Below, piece by piece: positions 58,821-64,000 of a stretch of DNA of 64,000 bases (position 1 is the first letter of the stretch; the number at the start of each line of letters is the position of its first letter). The position numbers were made by a program, and so were the translations under genes. The notes under the pieces were generated by a model. The model worked only from the letters and a program-made list of their open reading frames with translations, searched no databases and had not been told where the DNA came from. This stretch comes from an uncultured Spirochaetota bacterium (GTDB lineage Bacteria; Spirochaetota; Brevinematia; Brevinematales; JAOACQ01): the NCBI GenBank assembly GCA_963768055.1, contig CAVYGN010000002.1:1056001-1120000 (forward strand), read 5' to 3'.

Positions 58821-60515
58821 TCAATTAAGGGCCCTGCTTAAAATCAGTTTACCCGGCCTGTCTATCATTTCCAGATTAGATGATCCCGGACTTACCATTG
58901 GAAGAGCGTAAGTATTCTCTGAAACAGGAACATTTATAAAGATTGGAAAAGGGGATTCCAGGGCAGCAGCTAATATTTTCATTGGATTTCCTGCTGCGTA
59001 CAGGTCTATGCTTTTTATACCGAAGCCCTCTCCTATAGCAATAAAGTCAGGATTTTTCACAAATTTTGAAGCAATAAAGTGTTTTTCATAAAAAAGGTCC
59101 TGCTGCTGCCTGACAAGCCCGAGGTTCCCGTTATTCAACAGTATTATAGTAATATTAAGGCCGCATTCCGATAATGTCGCGAGTTCCTGTATGTTCATCA
59201 ATATTGAACCGTCACCGGTAAAACAAACTACTTTTTTATCGGGATTTGACAAAGCTGCGCCGATAGCTGCCGGCAGTCCGAAACCCATTGTCCCCAATCC
59301 GCCGGATGTGAGAAAGGTCCGCGGTCTTTTAAATGGGTACCACTGTGCAACCCACATCTGGTGCTGGCCGACATCTGTAGTTATTATTGCAGTATCGGGG
59401 ACTAAGGATCCTGTTTCTCTGATAATATTCTCGGGATGAAATATGTCGTTTTCATGATGCCCCCTATCAGGATATTCCTGCTTTAAGAAAATTAATTCCT
59501 CGTTCCAGACGGTCCTGTCATCGGCAGGAACAAGGGGTAAAATCCCGGACAGTATAGATTTTATATCTCCGTTGATCGTGCAATCGGCTTTTTTATTTTT
59601 ATCGATTTCAGAATCATCTATATCGATATGAATAATTTCTGCCCGGCGGCAGAACTGTGAAACTTTACCTGTGGCACGGTCATTAAACCTTGTTCCGCAT
59701 GCTATAATTAGATCGGCCCTCTCTGTAGAGTTGTTCGCGGTTTTAGAGCCATGCATGCCTATCATGCCTATGAATAATTCATCGCCGCCGGGGTATGCCC
59801 CCAATCCCATCAATGTTGTCACAATTGGTATGGAGTTCTTATGTGCCAGTTCTTTTAATAATCCTCCTGCCCCGGAGTGGATAACACCGCCCCCAATAAG
59901 GAATAGCGGCCTTTCAGATTTTCTGATCATTAAGGCGGCTTTTTCAATTGAGTTTTTATCAAATTTAAGATCGGGTATTTGCGGTGTTTCGGTTATTTTG
60001 TCATCCCATTCAACCTCTTCAGTCTGTATGTCTTTGGGAACGTCTATCAGGACGGGCCCAGGCCTTCCGGATGAAGCGATCCTGAATGCTTCGACTATGA
60101 CCTCAGGAAGGTCTTTTGCCGACCTTACAAGGAAATTGTGTTTTGTAATAGGGGTCGATAGCCCGTATGCATCGACCTCCTGAAAAGCGTCAGTTCCAAT
60201 TAAATTCAAAGGGACTTGCCCCGTAATCGCGATAAGGGGAACAGAATCCATTTTGGCGTCGGCGATCGCGGTAAGAAGATTCGTAACCCCGGGGCCGGAT
60301 GTGGCAAAGCATACGGCTGTTTTCCCGGTTGAGCGGGCCATCCCATGAGCGATAAAACCGGCGGCCTGTTCATGTCTGGCAAGGATATGTCTTATACTGC
60401 TCCTGTATAAAGCATCATACAATGGCAGATTCGAACCTCCGGGAATACCGGAAATAATCCGGATCCCGAGCTTTTCGAGGATCCTGATAATAATGTCAGC
60501 GCCTCTTGATTTCAT
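58821..60515 (-). CDS. ilvB: acetolactate synthase large subunit
   Basis: RHEQ, TSGPG, GTDAFQE, TDVGQHQMW, GDGS...N ThDP motif. Confidence 0.93.
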   Translation of the reverse strand: MKSRGADIIIRILEKLGIRIISGIPGGSNLPLYDALYRSSIRHILARHEQAAGFIAHGMARSTGKTAVCFATSGPGVTNLLTAIADAKMDSVPLIAITGQVPLNLIGTDAFQEVDAYGLSTPITKHNFLVRSAKDLPEVIVEAFRIASSGRPGPVLIDVPKDIQTEEVEWDDKITETPQIPDLKFDKNSIEKAALMIRKSERPLFLIGGGVIHSGAGGLLKELAHKNSIPIVTTLMGLGAYPGGDELFIGMIGMHGSKTANNSTERADLIIACGTRFNDRATGKVSQFCRRAEIIHIDIDDSEIDKNKKADCTINGDIKSILSGILPLVPADDRTVWNEELIFLKQEYPDRGHHENDIFHPENIIRETGSLVPDTAIITTDVGQHQMWVAQWYPFKRPRTFLTSGGLGTMGFGLPAAIGAALSNPDKKVVCFTGDGSILMNIQELATLSECGLNITIILLNNGNLGLVRQQQDLFYEKHFIASKFVKNPDFIAIGEGFGIKSIDLYAAGNPMKILAAALESPFPIFINVPVSENTYALPMVSPGSSNLEMIDRPGKLILSRALN

Positions 60516-60540
60516 ATTGGTCTCCTTTTAACGGTTAAAA

Positions 60541-60615
60541 ATAAAAACCCCCTCCGTTGACCGGCCGGAGGGGGTTAAAAATAAAAAACCCCTGCCGGCT
60601 TACAGCCGGCAGGGG
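60541..60615 (-). terminator. two tandem intrinsic terminators of the ilvB attenuator
   Basis: 12-bp stem 60589-60615 and 11-bp stem 60546-60576, each followed by a U-tract on the minus strand. Confidence 0.85.
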
Positions 60616-60634
60616 CATTATAAATTAATACATG

Positions 60635-60721
60635 TCAGCCCCGCGGACAAAGCCTATCGACAGAATTAAGCAATACTACTACAGCAAGAAGAAGATTGGA
60701 GAATAAAATCCCGGGTTTCAT
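60635..60721 (-). CDS. branched-chain amino acid leader peptide (attenuator), 28 aa
   Basis: GGAGG RBS; MKPGILFSNLLLAVVVLLNSVDRLCPRG; its 3' end is complementary to the first terminator arm. Confidence 0.8.
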   Translation of the reverse strand: MKPGILFSNLLLAVVVLLNSVDRLCPRG

Positions 60722-60745
60722 AGGTCCTCCCTGATAATCATTTAT

Positions 60746-60897
60746 GGGCCCTTCTAATAACCGCCTTTTCACGCCAAGCAAGTCGGCACAAGGGCGGCAA
60801 GGTAGCCCCCTTACGGGGACAAGTGCGCCATAGGGCGGTTTCATTACGATTTAAACATTATTTATTAATAACATAGTTAGTTATTGGAACCGCCCTT
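60746..60897. repeat. degenerate MITE-like element
   Basis: Imperfect IR GGGCCCTTCTAATAAC / GTTATTGGAACCGCCC; internal GCACTTGT.CCCGT.AGGG shared with the 31163 element. Confidence 0.5.
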
Positions 60898-61006
60898 ATA
60901 TTAATTCAAAATAATATTATTGTCAAAAAACATTAAAGTTTATAAGTAAAACGCCGGCGGCATCCTGATCGTAGAGTACGCCGCTGTTAATTCTGATTTC
61001 ATTTCT

Positions 61007-62914
61007 TTAGACTGTGAAATTATTTACGGTTGAAATCAGATCGTTGGCCTTTTCAATAGTGTCCTCCAGATGCCGGGATATTCCCTCGATTGAAGCCGCA
61101 AATCCGTTAATTTTGTCTATCTCATCCTGCATGCAGAGATTAATATCTACCGATATTTTGCCGAGGTCCTGTATGAACCCGCTCGAATCAAGCGCCTTTA
61201 CGGATTCCTTCTGGATTTCCTCATTAAGGACGGCGATCCCGCTTTGATAGGCGAGGGCTTTTGTCCTGATCTCGTTGTTGGCCGAACTTTCCTTCTTCAG
61301 AGTTATATCAATTTGTTCATAAAAATCCTGGATACCCGTAAAGTTTTTCAAGACTGCTTCCAGATCCTTTGTAGCGTTCAATGCGTTTTCATTGCTTTTT
61401 TCAGTCGTTATCTTCAAGTTCTTCAAGAGATCGTTTGTGTTCCTGACATTATCCCTGGTTGTTTCCGATAATTTTTTTATTTCCCTGGCGACTACAGCAA
61501 AACCCTTGCCGTACTGGCCCGCATGGCTGGCTTCGATGGACGCGTTCATCGCGAGTATATTTATCTGGTTTGCCGTGCCTTCTATCATATAAGATATATT
61601 GTAAATCTGGTTCGATCCTTCCAGGATCCTGTCAACCTCTTCCATAATTGAGTTTGCCTTTGACTTGGATTCTTCAATAGACTTTTCGAGCGATTTTATA
61701 ATCTCAAGGAAATCGCTCGATTTTTTGTTAAGGTTCTTTATGTTTACATTACTGGAATCGATCTGCGTCAGGAGTTCGTTTATATTGTTCCTGAAATCGC
61801 TTGATTTGCTTGAGATCTTCTTTATTTGTGTGGAAATGCCTGTCATTGTTTCCACGGCCTTGAGGGCGTATGAGTTCTGATTGTCGCTCTTGTTTTTTAC
61901 ATCCAGGGAAGACTTGCTCCTTTCAATTATACTTTCCTGAGCGCTGCCGATCAAGCCCCTCACAGTATCCATACTTTGAATGGTGACCACTGCGTTGTCC
62001 TTTACTTTCATTATGATCCGCCTGATGTTTTTATTGGATTCGTTTATGAGGTGGCTTAGATAGGCGAATTCGTCAGAAAGGTCCGTAGGTATGATCTGTG
62101 TAAGGTCTCCGGAATGAGAAGAGAGCATTACAAGGGACGATTCAAGCTCGCTCATCGGTTTTTTTGTCGTATAGTATATTAAATATATACCGGCGAATAG
62201 GGTAAGGGTATTGACGGTTAATGCGCCGATGAATTTCGGGAGAAGGTCTTTATAACTGGTGTTATTAAATGAGGCGTCAAAAAGCGTAAACAAAAGAGAA
62301 AAGCTTGTAAACAGGATCGGAAGAATAATGAACATGAGAACTTTTCTGGAGTATCCGATACCGAAATATTTCTTTTCTTTTATTATAGATTTATCGATGT
62401 TTTCAGAGGCTACTATATCCTGGGCAAGGGTTTTTATAAGATTTTGAATGATGATGTAGGCTATGATCCCGGCAATATAGGCGCCGTAAAATGAAAGGAA
62501 AAGACAGATAAGGCACTGGATTATATGCATGTTTGCAAATATATAAAGATAAATTGCGGCTATTACCGCTCCGCAAGACACGCGGGTAAAGATCAACATT
62601 CCATGCCGGTATGGCAGTTTTACAAGGCTGTAAAAGAATTGGGTGTTTTCCTCCCTGCTCAATCCTTTCATTCCGATCCATTTTCTTATCTTCCTGACAA
62701 GGAAAAAATTAGTCGGAAGGGCAATCAGGATTACTACCACAAATGTAAGTAATGCAATGAACTGAATTACCCCGGATAGTTTTTCCTGCGGAAACGAAGC
62801 AAGCAGTATTGCATATGCGGTTGCGACAGGTACGCCTATGGCGAATCCTGCCAATTCCGATGAAAAAAAACGGATGAGAAAATGTTTCCTATCCATTATA
62901 AGCCCCCCGATCAT
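61007..62914 (-). CDS. methyl-accepting chemotaxis protein with multi-TM sensor
   Basis: About 6 TM helices, HAMP (SGDLT...DE), signalling hairpin ILAMNASIEASHAG..GKGFAVVAREIKKLS. Confidence 0.9.
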   Translation of the reverse strand: MIGGLIMDRKHFLIRFFSSELAGFAIGVPVATAYAILLASFPQEKLSGVIQFIALLTFVVVILIALPTNFFLVRKIRKWIGMKGLSREENTQFFYSLVKLPYRHGMLIFTRVSCGAVIAAIYLYIFANMHIIQCLICLFLSFYGAYIAGIIAYIIIQNLIKTLAQDIVASENIDKSIIKEKKYFGIGYSRKVLMFIILPILFTSFSLLFTLFDASFNNTSYKDLLPKFIGALTVNTLTLFAGIYLIYYTTKKPMSELESSLVMLSSHSGDLTQIIPTDLSDEFAYLSHLINESNKNIRRIIMKVKDNAVVTIQSMDTVRGLIGSAQESIIERSKSSLDVKNKSDNQNSYALKAVETMTGISTQIKKISSKSSDFRNNINELLTQIDSSNVNIKNLNKKSSDFLEIIKSLEKSIEESKSKANSIMEEVDRILEGSNQIYNISYMIEGTANQINILAMNASIEASHAGQYGKGFAVVAREIKKLSETTRDNVRNTNDLLKNLKITTEKSNENALNATKDLEAVLKNFTGIQDFYEQIDITLKKESSANNEIRTKALAYQSGIAVLNEEIQKESVKALDSSGFIQDLGKISVDINLCMQDEIDKINGFAASIEGISRHLEDTIEKANDLISTVNNFTV

Positions 62915-63025
62915 ACCCCGGATGAAAAAATACTCGAATTATACAGGGTTTATTATAAAAATCACCGGCGGTTAATTCCAGTATAAAGCAAAATATTTTT
63001 TGATAGGGGGGCTAAGAGGCGCCCT

Positions 63026-63853
63026 TTAAAATACCCTGAGTGTATAACCAACCTGCGCAATTAAACACAATTTACCCTCATAATTAGGATCTTCCAGATA
63101 AGTCCCGACGATCAGCACAGCATAAAAATCGCTGAATGGTTTAAGCTCAGGTTCAAAAATAAATACTGCCGATAATCTCTGGGATACATGTTTGGTGCTT
63201 GGAACATTCAGGTTGTAGTAATTTATACCGGCCGTGAAGGGTTTTACGATTTGATAGAGCAGGTATCCGTCGTTTATCCAGTAATAATCATTCGCATTTA
63301 GTATCGCGTCTGCATGCGGTTCATAATAATATCCGCTATAGTTGAGTTTGTACATATAGTTATAACTGTAAGTATCGGCGGCGATAAAATTCCCTAATTG
63401 CATCTTCAGCCTCGGGGCTGCGATTATCCACCACCCGGCCTGATTTAAGGTTTGAGCGTTCGCCTGGGCGGCGGGGCTGTAATCGGAGTTTGCATTGGAT
63501 TCAGTGAGAAATCCGTAACCCAGGGAGTTAAATGTATACTGGTAAGTCCCAATGAAAGTAAAATCAAAAAAAGCGATGGGCTCTATGAATCCGGTAACGC
63601 CTACAGCTTCATCCGAGGGTGTCAGCCAGTTTATAACTCCTGCGTCGATTTTTGAGGTTTTAAAGAGGATGTCGTCGCTTTTTATAAGGGGAAATTCATA
63701 GTAAAACTTTGTGTCGAGAAGGGCCCCCAACGGATTATACTCGCCTGCGAGGGACTGGTCGAGATACCATCCGCTTTGAGCAGCCTCTTGAGAGTAAACC
63801 ATCCCGGCGAGGAAAAGAATTAATACAAGAACGTATAAATTTACCTTCTTCAT
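63026..63853 (-). CDS. probable outer-membrane beta-barrel protein
   Basis: Signal peptide, aromatic amphipathic strands, C-terminal GYTLRVF. Confidence 0.6.
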   Translation of the reverse strand: MKKVNLYVLVLILFLAGMVYSQEAAQSGWYLDQSLAGEYNPLGALLDTKFYYEFPLIKSDDILFKTSKIDAGVINWLTPSDEAVGVTGFIEPIAFFDFTFIGTYQYTFNSLGYGFLTESNANSDYSPAAQANAQTLNQAGWWIIAAPRLKMQLGNFIAADTYSYNYMYKLNYSGYYYEPHADAILNANDYYWINDGYLLYQIVKPFTAGINYYNLNVPSTKHVSQRLSAVFIFEPELKPFSDFYAVLIVGTYLEDPNYEGKLCLIAQVGYTLRVF

Positions 63854-63951
63854 GATAAAACCTCCAAAAATTTATATGAATATTGAAAATATCGGAAATT
63901 TTCATTTAAGATTGAAAAAATTTAAAAATAATCAATTTTATTGCATTAATA

Positions 63952-63979
63952 TTGACAGTACAATTCTCCACAATATAAT
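63952..63979 (+). promoter_or_regulatory. sigma70 promoter for a gene beyond the window
   Basis: TTGACA-16-TATAAT. Confidence 0.65.
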
Positions 63980-64000
63980 ATTAAAAAACACAGTGCTATC

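Noticed and set aside
60722..60844. 69-aa version of the leader ORF
   Set aside because: The upstream part runs through the MITE-like element; the GGAGG RBS supports ATG 60721

Overview
Gene-dense bacterial chromosomal segment, most likely from a lipid A-producing spirochaete. This is inferred from Treponema-type GAPDH and PGK insertions, spirochaetal lipoboxes, an OmpL47-like Ig protein and lpxA/B/C/L. Housekeeping content: rpsP-khpA-rimM-trmD-rplS-rnhB; M23 peptidase-bactofilin-STAS-lpxA-lpxB-ruvX followed by lpxC; gap-pgk-tpiA; gltA, pgm, glgC, manC, wbaP, degP, ilvB, cheW and an MCP. No rRNA, tRNA, CRISPR array or intact transposase was recognised. The most unusual features are: (1) two diverged copies of a ~255-bp rod-like palindromic non-coding element with compensatory base changes (4356-4620, 17970-18223); (2) three tandem, mosaic ankyrin-caspase lipoprotein genes plus a DUF4384-like gene (36919-42424); (3) AACCACAGAT...ATCTGTGGTT repeat-bounded AT-rich cassettes, one carrying a self-promoted orphan gene; (4) a Leu/Val leader-peptide attenuator with two chained terminators before ilvB; (5) a consensus sigma-54 promoter at lpxC and a doubled palindromic operator on the degP promoter; (6) a further degenerate MITE-like family. 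All product calls come from motif recognition, not database searches.
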